A stretch of 64,000 nt of DNA from Nitrospirota bacterium (GTDB lineage Bacteria; JACPQY01). Made by a program: the position numbers and the translations under genes. Below the pieces are notes generated by a model. It ran no database searches and had not been told where the DNA came from. It saw only the letters and a program-made list of their open reading frames with translations. Shown piece by piece: positions 36,886 to 44,549 of this stretch; the stretch's first letter is position 1, and the number at the start of each line of letters is the position of its first letter. The stretch spans positions 45,938-109,937 of the forward strand of contig JACPQY010000008.1 in NCBI GenBank assembly GCA_016190245.1. Reading direction: 5' to 3'.

Positions 36886-37188
36886 CGCCCCGAGTCGCCC
36901 AAGCACGATGCCCTTGGGGTTCTTGATTCCGTCCCCGCCGGTCGGCGGGGACTTCGCTCGAACAATACCGCGCTGTGTGCAGGCCACGCCGCTCCGCCGC
37001 ACTCGGAGTGTGCAGGCTTCGGGCACTCGAAGACGTGTCCTGGCCTGCTTTCCTTTCGTGGCACGTGGACCTTGCTCTCGAAGCCGCAAGGTCCACGGGC
37101 TTCTTGCCCAGGTGTCGAGAAGCTCATTGTCCTGGGTGTTCGATGGGTTGGGCATCGTGCAATCCGAATCATCATCGACAATGGTGCG

Positions 37189-37205
37189 TTGCAAGGCCCG
37201 TGCCA
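37189..37205 (-). promoter_or_regulatory. Sigma-54 (-24/-12) promoter candidate: TGGCACgggccTTGCA
   Basis: It matches the TGGCAC-N5-TTGC consensus exactly with correct GG/GC spacing. It points toward amt and lies about 300 nt upstream of the amt start codon. Confidence 0.55.
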
Positions 37206-37244
37206 GCCGTTTTGACCACGTGGGAGCGCCCCCGCGCAACAATC

Positions 37245-37261
37245 CTGTCACGGGGTGACAG
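37245..37261. promoter_or_regulatory. Perfect palindrome CTGTCAC-GGG-GTGACAG (NifA-UAS-like TGT...ACA) upstream of the sigma-54 promoter
   Basis: I read it directly from the sequence. It lies about 50 bp upstream of the -24 element. It is a candidate enhancer-binding site for the adjacent GAF-sigma54 activator. Confidence 0.3.
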
Positions 37262-37304
37262 ACATGAGGCGGCCTGACGCAGACCGACCTCGCGCGGAGG
37301 AGAG

Positions 37305-39269
37305 CTATGCGACCGAAACGTCGCGCACGGCTACGTGGTACCGTCGGATCCGATAGCGGAGCTGGCGCGGAGACATGCCGAGTTTCCTGGCCGCGGCCGC
37401 CTGGTTCCCCTTCGTTTCGCGTAGCGCCTCCGCGATGACCCGGCGCTCGTAGGACTGGATGGGTGGGAGGGCCGCGCCCTCACCACCCTGCTCGGCGGCC
37501 GTTTCGCCTGGGGGAACCGAGGCAGGGTTTGAAAGCGGGGCCGCACTCGGCCCCGGCATCAGCCGCCCGTCCGTGGGACGGTCTGGTGGGCCGAGTACGT
37601 ACGCCCTGCAAGGCTCCGCGCAAAGCGTACGGCCTTCCTGCGTCGGCAGGAGGAGTCGCTCGGCCTCGATCGAGCCCCCCGGCAGGAGCACGGCGAGTCG
37701 CTCGGCCAGGTTTTCGAGTTCGCGGATGTTGCCCGGCCAGGCGTGCGCCTCGAGCTTGCGAAGGGCCGCCGGTGTCCACCTGAGATTCTTGCCGTACTCC
37801 TTCGCGAAATGGCGCAGGAAGTGCTCCGCAAGCAGCGGGATGTCCTCCCGGCGGTCGCGCAGCGGCGGGAGGACGATGGGGACCACGTTGAGCCGATAGT
37901 AGAGGTCCTCGCGGAACTCACTCCGCGCGACCATCTGCTCGAGATTCCGGTTCGTGGCCGCGATGATGCGGACGTCCACACGCACCCCGTTTGTTCCGCC
38001 GACCCGCTCGAAGGCGCGCTCTTGGAGGAACCGGAGAAGCTTGACCTGCGTGGCCGGTGGGATTTCGGCGATCTCGTCGAGGAAGAGCGTGCCCCCGTTC
38101 GCCTCTTCGAGAAAACCCCGCTTGCGCTCGTGGGCGCCGGTGAAGGCGCCCTTCTCGTGCCCGAACAGGCCGGTCTCCAGGAGCGTCTCGGGAATGGCGG
38201 CGCAGACGACTTTCACGAAGGGCCGGGTGGAGCGATGGCCGTCCGCATGGAGGGCGCGCGCGACCAACTCCTTCCCGGTTCCGCTCTCGCCCCGGATGAG
38301 GACCGTCGCCCGGCTGTTCCGAGCCCGCTCGATGGCCTCGAAGACGGGGGCCATGCTGGGGCTGTCGCCCAGCATGTCTTCGGCACTGCGGCGGCGAGTC
38401 CGTCCTCGCCCGGACACGCGGGGGGGGGGCGAGACCCCGTTGGCGACGGAAGGGAGTTCGCCCGCGTTCAACCACGCATGACCGAGAAACCGGGCAAGCG
38501 TTCGCAAAACCCGCATTTCGTCCCGCAGCGGGCCGTGACGCTCGACCATTCGATCCACGCCGAGCGCACCGACCACTTCACTCCCCGCCCGAATCGGCAC
38601 GCTGAGGATGGCCATCCTCGTGCCGGGGTCCCATCCGCTCGCACGCGCGACCCGGCACAAGTCCGGCTCTTGCGAGAGATCGGGCACTACAAACGGACAC
38701 CCCGTCTTCACAACCGTCTCCATGATCTGCCGGCCGACGGGACAGGCCGGGTCGCCGCCCGCCCCCAGAGGACTCAGCCCGCAGGAGCAACGGACTCGAA
38801 CGATTTCATCCGTGTCCGATTTCGACGCGTAGCAGGCCCGGCTGAAACCGAGAAAATCCACGAGGACGCCGAGAAAAAGATTGAGTCGTCGGTCGAACGG
38901 CTCAGGCCCGAGAAGGATTCCAGCCGCCTCGTGGAGGGTGGAAACCTCCCGGGCTCTTCGATCCAACTCCCGACGTAGCTCAAGCACTCCGAAAACACTA
39001 CACCGCAACTGCCGTGCCACACGCGCGAGAGGCTTCGGGTGTAACTCCAGGTGATGTTTTGGGATTGGCAACGGCCGCTCGAGACAAAGGGCCTGGCCCG
39101 CGGACAGATGCACCCGCTTGGTGCATGGCGCACAAACCTGCGGCAAGCGATTCGCCTCGGGGGGGGGGTGAACGCGCAGGCCGATAAACGCCCCAGTTCT
39201 CCGAACTGCTGCTTCCTTGGATTGCTTCTCCGCCGGCTGGTCCGCCACGGCGGACTGGCGGATCGCCAT
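37305..39269 (-). CDS. Sigma-54-dependent transcriptional activator, NifA-like (GAF - AAA+ sigma54 activation domain - HTH)
   Basis: The GAF region is upstream. The AAA+ domain has GESGTGKE (Walker A) and the GAFTGA motif (EKGAFTGAHE). It also has DVRIIAATNRNL and a C-terminal Fis-type HTH (AARKLGMSPRQLRYRIRRY). Confidence 0.85.
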   Translation of the reverse strand: MAIRQSAVADQPAEKQSKEAAVRRTGAFIGLRVHPPPEANRLPQVCAPCTKRVHLSAGQALCLERPLPIPKHHLELHPKPLARVARQLRCSVFGVLELRRELDRRAREVSTLHEAAGILLGPEPFDRRLNLFLGVLVDFLGFSRACYASKSDTDEIVRVRCSCGLSPLGAGGDPACPVGRQIMETVVKTGCPFVVPDLSQEPDLCRVARASGWDPGTRMAILSVPIRAGSEVVGALGVDRMVERHGPLRDEMRVLRTLARFLGHAWLNAGELPSVANGVSPPPRVSGRGRTRRRSAEDMLGDSPSMAPVFEAIERARNSRATVLIRGESGTGKELVARALHADGHRSTRPFVKVVCAAIPETLLETGLFGHEKGAFTGAHERKRGFLEEANGGTLFLDEIAEIPPATQVKLLRFLQERAFERVGGTNGVRVDVRIIAATNRNLEQMVARSEFREDLYYRLNVVPIVLPPLRDRREDIPLLAEHFLRHFAKEYGKNLRWTPAALRKLEAHAWPGNIRELENLAERLAVLLPGGSIEAERLLLPTQEGRTLCAEPCRAYVLGPPDRPTDGRLMPGPSAAPLSNPASVPPGETAAEQGGEGAALPPIQSYERRVIAEALRETKGNQAAAARKLGMSPRQLRYRIRRYHVAVRDVSVA

Positions 39270-39383
39270 GTGACGCCCCTCTCCTGTCGTCGCGAGCCCC
39301 GACTGGGCGCGGCGATCTCGCGTCAGGGCATTCCGGGCATCCGTCTTCGAGAACTTCCGGAATCCGGGCTACAATCGGATGAG

Positions 39384-40373
39384 ATGGAGATCAAGGTCAG
39401 GGTGCTTGGGAGCCGGGATCTTCGCCAAGTGGCACGGATGCGAGAGGTGATGGAAGCGGTGGAGGGTGCCTTCCGGGCGTTAGCGAAGGGCGAGGCGCAG
39501 ATGCCGTCCAAGTTGTACGTGAGCCTCCCCGAGCACGAGGGCGATTTCCGAGCGATGCCCGCCCACCTGCGCCATCTAAACGCCGCCGGGTTGAAATGGG
39601 TGACGTCCTACGCGCGCAACACGAGCGTCCCGGCGGTGATGGGCGTGTACATCCTGAGCCGTGCCGACGACGGCCGTCCGCTCGCGATCATGGATGGGAC
39701 GTATCTCACCGGTCTGCGCACCGGCGCCGCTGCGGGCGTTGCGAGTCGCGCGCTCGCTCGGCCGGAGTCGGCCGTGTTCAGCTTTGTCGGTTGCGGTCAC
39801 CAGGCGCGCACGGCCTGGGAGGCCCTGCGAGGGGTGTTTCGTCCCGCCGAGGTCCGGCTGTTCGACCTGAATCCTCAGAAGGCCGAGGAGATGGTGGGCA
39901 TTCTCAAGGACGCCGGACTCACGATCAAGATGTGCCGCTCGGTGACCGAGTGCGCGAAGGGTGCGGACGTGCTCACCACCACCACGCCGTCCCGGAGGCC
40001 GGTCGTGGCCGAGGTCGACATCTTGCCGGGCACACACATCAACGCGATGGGAGCCGATGCGAAAGGCAAGCAGGAGCTCGATGCGGCCATTCTGAAGCGG
40101 GCTGTCGTTGTGATTGACGACTGGGACCAGGCACTCCACAGCGGCGAAGTGAACGTCCCGCTTTCGGAAAGGCGTCTCACGCGCGACGACATCCGGGCCT
40201 CGCTCGGGGAGATTCTAATCGGGCACCGCCCCGGCCGCCGCGATCCCAGCGACGTGACGGTTTTCGACTCGACCGGCCTGGCCGTCCAGGACCTCGCCGT
40301 GGCCCACCTCCTCTACACGCTCTGCGTGGAAGCCGGCCTGGGTGCCCAGGTGGAGCTCTACTCGGAGCCGTAG
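39384..40373 (+). CDS. Ornithine cyclodeaminase / mu-crystallin family protein
   Basis: The Rossmann motif is SFVGCGHQART, and the OCD-family core is conserved. I chose the start at MEIKVRVLG (ATG at 39384). Confidence 0.7.
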   Translation: MEIKVRVLGSRDLRQVARMREVMEAVEGAFRALAKGEAQMPSKLYVSLPEHEGDFRAMPAHLRHLNAAGLKWVTSYARNTSVPAVMGVYILSRADDGRPLAIMDGTYLTGLRTGAAAGVASRALARPESAVFSFVGCGHQARTAWEALRGVFRPAEVRLFDLNPQKAEEMVGILKDAGLTIKMCRSVTECAKGADVLTTTTPSRRPVVAEVDILPGTHINAMGADAKGKQELDAAILKRAVVVIDDWDQALHSGEVNVPLSERRLTRDDIRASLGEILIGHRPGRRDPSDVTVFDSTGLAVQDLAVAHLLYTLCVEAGLGAQVELYSEP

Positions 40374-40432
40374 GCCACCGCTCGGGCGTTTTCAGCCATC
40401 AGCGACCGCCCCTCTCCCGCGCGACCGAAGCC

Positions 40433-42406
40433 CTACGGCTCGGTCAGGCGATTGGTGGCGAGGAGGTAGTTCGAGAGCCGGTAGATGGTCCAGAGGCGGT
40501 CCCGCATGGGCGCGATTGCTTCTTCGGCGTCGGTGACCGGTTCTTCCGAGAACCCGCCCGTGAAGGTGGTGCGATACTCATCCGTGCCGAACGTGTAGGT
40601 GAGTTTTCGGTCGGCCTCCACGAGTGCGATCGGGGCCTCGCCAAAGGGTGTGCTGAAATAGGCGAAGCGGTCAGAGGCTGAGGTCAGCAGGGAACGTCCC
40701 CACCACGGTGTGTCGGTCTCGAGCCCGAGCAGATCGGCGAGGGTCGGCGCGATGTCGATCTGGCCGCCGAGCGTGTCGTCCGGCGTCGCTTGCAGGGATT
40801 CGTCGCCGGCATAGAGCAGGAAGGGGATGCGCATGTTCTCTTCACCCAGTCCGGCGAGGACGCCGGCACCCTCGGCATCGAAGGACATCCCGTGATCGGC
40901 AAAGATCGCAAAAAGCGTATGTCGGAAGAACGGGCGCTCCCGTACACGTTCGAAGAACCGCCGGAGGGTGTCGTCTGTGTAGCGCACGGTGGAGCGGTAG
41001 CGTTCTTCGATGGATTCGGCGTCCACGCGGAAAGGCGCCGGGGCCTCGTAGGGGGAGTGGTTCGAAAGCGTGAGCGTAATCCCCACGAACGGCTCGTTGA
41101 GGCCGTCGAGCACGCCCGCAAACGCCCCGAGCGTGGCCTCGTCGTGCACGCCCCAGGAGAATCTCGGCGCGCTGCGGGGGAAGGACTCGTAGCCGCTGAA
41201 CCGGCGGATTCCCTGCCGGGAGAAGAAGGCGTACATGTTGTCATAGCTGATGTCGCCCCCGTACACGAAGGCCGTGTCGTATCCTCGCGCGATGAGGAGT
41301 TCAGGCAGGCACGTGAGCCGCGTGTGAGGCGCAATCTTGAGGAGGCGCTCGCCATGGAAGTCGGGTGTGGAACAGAAAGAGGAGACGAGGCCGCGGATCG
41401 TCTGGACGCTGCTGGCATAAAAGCGGCTGAAGAGAACGCCCCTCTGCGCGAGTTGATCGAGGAAGGGAGTGGGGCTGGGTCCGGACCGATCCCAGAGCGC
41501 GCCGATTTCCCTCGCCCGAACGCCCTCCAGGATGAGGAAGACCAGATTGTAGGTCTTATAGCGACCGCGGATCCTGCTCGCGACGCCGGCCGGCGTGTGA
41601 AGGATCCCCTCCCCGGCAACCTGCACCGACTCCACGCCGAGCCAGCTAAGAACCTTGTCGCGGTCACCGGGCTCGGGTGTGGGATAGTTCCTGAGGTCTC
41701 GCGTCTGGTGAGCCACTCGGACGAAACGGATCAGGAGGTTGTCCGACAGATGGATGAACGCCTTGGGTGTGCGGACGATATCGGCGACGTGAAGGGCGTG
41801 GGCGACGGCGAGGTAGGCTACGATCGCCGCGCCCGCCCCTGCGAATGCGCGAGCTAAGCGCCGCTCGCCGATCCGTGCCGCGAGGCGCGACTGGAGCGGC
41901 GCGGCCAGGGGCGCCAGGCCGATCGTCACGAGCCACAGGCCGAGCAGCGTCCACTCGGTGGGATGGAAATGCGCCTCCTTCCAGAGCATGTCCCCGATCT
42001 GACCGAGCTCGCCCGCGTACCAGAGGAACCTCTGGTCCAGGTGAAGGCGGAAGCCCCTGTACACGGGGAGATCAACGACGTACAGGAGGGCGGTCGCGAG
42101 GGGGATCGCGAGGACCGTGAAGGCGAGAGCGCCTGCGAACCGGCGGGCGAGGCCGTGGGACTGAAACCGCCCGGCGGCGAAGCGAAGCGCCGCCAGGAAC
42201 CCGAAGGCGGCAAGAAGGAGCGAGCCTTCGATGCGGACGTGTCTCAGGAGGGAGAGCGCCGTCTCCCGGGCCGTGAGCCCCTGTTCGACGAAGAGCGCGA
42301 GGCGGGCCAGCGAACTGAGGATGAGGCACGAGCCGAGGATGGCGGCATCCGCCCGGAGCCGCCCCGCCGTGTGAGTTAAGGTGTAACCTGACACGCTTTT
42401 CGGCAT
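40433..42406 (-). CDS. Membrane-anchored sulfatase-fold (alkaline phosphatase superfamily) enzyme, LtaS/phosphoglycerol-transferase-like
   Basis: It has multiple N-terminal TM helices and a C-terminal PF00884-like domain (LVFLILEGVRAREIG...). There is no C/S-x-P-x-R FGly motif. The start is ambiguous (between 42406 and 42448). Confidence 0.65.
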   Translation of the reverse strand: MPKSVSGYTLTHTAGRLRADAAILGSCLILSSLARLALFVEQGLTARETALSLLRHVRIEGSLLLAAFGFLAALRFAAGRFQSHGLARRFAGALAFTVLAIPLATALLYVVDLPVYRGFRLHLDQRFLWYAGELGQIGDMLWKEAHFHPTEWTLLGLWLVTIGLAPLAAPLQSRLAARIGERRLARAFAGAGAAIVAYLAVAHALHVADIVRTPKAFIHLSDNLLIRFVRVAHQTRDLRNYPTPEPGDRDKVLSWLGVESVQVAGEGILHTPAGVASRIRGRYKTYNLVFLILEGVRAREIGALWDRSGPSPTPFLDQLAQRGVLFSRFYASSVQTIRGLVSSFCSTPDFHGERLLKIAPHTRLTCLPELLIARGYDTAFVYGGDISYDNMYAFFSRQGIRRFSGYESFPRSAPRFSWGVHDEATLGAFAGVLDGLNEPFVGITLTLSNHSPYEAPAPFRVDAESIEERYRSTVRYTDDTLRRFFERVRERPFFRHTLFAIFADHGMSFDAEGAGVLAGLGEENMRIPFLLYAGDESLQATPDDTLGGQIDIAPTLADLLGLETDTPWWGRSLLTSASDRFAYFSTPFGEAPIALVEADRKLTYTFGTDEYRTTFTGGFSEEPVTDAEEAIAPMRDRLWTIYRLSNYLLATNRLTEP

Positions 42407-42428
42407 CATGTCTCGGCAGGATTCTGCC

Positions 42429-44549
42429 ATGGCTGTTTCGGAACGCACGCGGTTTGTCCGCTGGGCCCTGTTCGTGGGCCTACTGGCCTTTGCCGCCCAG
42501 TTCGCTTTCTCGCTCGCGTTCCTGACGAGTCAGGCGATCATGGGAGTCCAGGACCCCCGACTGGGGGAGTTGTTCAGGAAGTACTTCCTCGTGTCCGCCG
42601 GGCTGATGCAACTGCGGATCCTGGCGGCCTATTCCGCCGTGGGTCTCGCGCTCTCCGCGGTGGCCGTGCTGCCCTTCTCTGTCTTTCGCCCGGGGTCGCG
42701 ATGGCCCTTGCCGGTGCGATGGCTCGGTTTCTCTCTGGTTCTCATGTGCCTCCATTTCGGGTTCGTCTGCGCCGACATCCAGTCTCACCCCCAGAACTAC
42801 GCCGAGTTTCTCTACGATCGGGGGGGGGGATGGCGAAGCCTGCAAGTCCTGCTCACGGACGGCGGCGTCGGGATATGGGCGCGACGCTGCTCATGGGTTT
42901 TGACAGGGGCCTGCGTCCTGCCGGCGGCGGCCGCGGCCCTTTTCCGATGGCCTCGGCGGACGCTCGTTTTGGGAGGGGTCGTGCTCGTGCTCGCGTGGAG
43001 CGTGCAGCTATCCCCTGTGATCTCCGGTAACACGGGGCCCAATGTGATCGTGATCGCCGTTGATTCCTTCCGGTCCGATCGGCTCTTTTCCCCCATCACG
43101 CCGCGAATCAGCCGCCTCGCCGAGACCGGCGTGACCTTCCTTCGCGCCTATCCCGATGTCGCCCGCACCTTCCCCTCCATGGTGACCATCCACACGGGTC
43201 GCTACGCCCTTCGACACGGCATCCGGCACATGTTCCCTACGATCGAGCAGCGGGCGGCCATCGGCCAGACCCTGCCCCGCTTCCTCCGCGATCGTGGATA
43301 CGAGACGGCGGTGGTGGCCGACTACGCGGGGGACATCTTCCCCCGCGTGGACTTGGGGTTCAGCCGAGTGGACTGTCCGGACTTCACTGCCGGCACCCTC
43401 ATGGAGCAACGAGCGCTCGAAACCCATCCATTCCTTCTCCCGTATGTGAGCAACCGGTGGGGGATGCGGATCTTCCCGGCCCTTCGGGAATTCACCAGCC
43501 TCAGCGAACCGGCCGAGCTGGCCGCTCGCGGCAAGGAGATGATCGGGACACTCTCGCGCGCCCCGCGCTTCTTCCTGACGATCTTCTTCTCGTCAGCCCA
43601 TTTCCCCTACGCTGCCCCACACCCGTACTACGGACGGTTCACCGATCCCTCCTATCGCGGCCCGTACAAGTATCACAAGGCCAACCGGATAGACCTCGCG
43701 GAGGAAACACTCACGCCCGAGGATCGAGCCCAGGTACGCGGACTCTACCACGGGGCGCTCTACGCCGCCGATGAAGCCGCGGGCGATCTCATCCGCATGA
43801 TTCAGGAGTCCCCGCTCCGATCCAATACCTCGATCGTGGTGACGGCGGATCACGGAGAGAACTTGTACGAACCGGCCCGGTTTTGCACTCGACCCGTCGC
43901 GCCGAGCCGGGAGGGTGAGGTCGCCTCGGTCGAGTGCGAACACGGCTGGATGGGACACGGCGATGAACTCTGGAACGAAGAGGGTCTGCGCGTGCCGATG
44001 GTCTTCATCGGTCCCGGTCTCAACCCGCGGCGAGTCGAGGATGTGCCGATCTCGTTGGCGAGCCTTGCTCCCACGCTGGTGGAATGGCTTGGATTCCGAC
44101 TGGAAGACTACGGGCTCACGGATGGCGAGAGCCTCTCCGCGGCGCTGCGAGGCGGCCCTCCGCCGGAGACGCCGATCTACCTGGAAACGGGAGCGTGGTT
44201 CGTCCCGAGGGGACCGGCAAGGTTTCATCGGGAGCGGATTCCCTACGCGAGTCTCCTCGACTTCACGGAATTGGACGTGGATCACAACTTCGAGGTCGTG
44301 GCGCGTCCCGAATACGAACCGATCATCAACGGGAGCAAGCATCGCGCGGTCATGGAAGGGGATCGCCGACTCGTCTACATCCCGCTCCGGGATCGTCCGC
44401 GCTATGAACTTCTGCGCATTCGGGGCTACGAAACCGCGCCGATGGAGGACGAGAAGGAACTCGCTCGTCTGAAGCGGGAACTGGAGCGGATGATCACGGA
44501 GATCGGGACGGAAACGCTATCCAGCGGCTATTTCGTTGGGCCACACTGA
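42429..44549 (+). CDS. Membrane-anchored sulfatase-fold enzyme (alkaline phosphatase superfamily; Thr at the nucleophile position, EptA/LtaS-like)
   Basis: It has about 6 N-terminal TM helices, then NVIVIAVDSFRSDRL and ARTFPSMVTIHTGRY. The latter aligns to the sulfatase CTPSRAALLTGRY motif with T in place of C. The start is ambiguous (42408 or 42429). Confidence 0.65.
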   Translation: MAVSERTRFVRWALFVGLLAFAAQFAFSLAFLTSQAIMGVQDPRLGELFRKYFLVSAGLMQLRILAAYSAVGLALSAVAVLPFSVFRPGSRWPLPVRWLGFSLVLMCLHFGFVCADIQSHPQNYAEFLYDRGGGWRSLQVLLTDGGVGIWARRCSWVLTGACVLPAAAAALFRWPRRTLVLGGVVLVLAWSVQLSPVISGNTGPNVIVIAVDSFRSDRLFSPITPRISRLAETGVTFLRAYPDVARTFPSMVTIHTGRYALRHGIRHMFPTIEQRAAIGQTLPRFLRDRGYETAVVADYAGDIFPRVDLGFSRVDCPDFTAGTLMEQRALETHPFLLPYVSNRWGMRIFPALREFTSLSEPAELAARGKEMIGTLSRAPRFFLTIFFSSAHFPYAAPHPYYGRFTDPSYRGPYKYHKANRIDLAEETLTPEDRAQVRGLYHGALYAADEAAGDLIRMIQESPLRSNTSIVVTADHGENLYEPARFCTRPVAPSREGEVASVECEHGWMGHGDELWNEEGLRVPMVFIGPGLNPRRVEDVPISLASLAPTLVEWLGFRLEDYGLTDGESLSAALRGGPPPETPIYLETGAWFVPRGPARFHRERIPYASLLDFTELDVDHNFEVVARPEYEPIINGSKHRAVMEGDRRLVYIPLRDRPRYELLRIRGYETAPMEDEKELARLKRELERMITEIGTETLSSGYFVGPH

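Noticed and set aside
37029-37046. Second sigma-54-like string TGGCACGTGGACCTTGCT on the + strand
   Set aside because: The GG to GC spacing is 12 instead of 10. There is also no downstream + strand gene.
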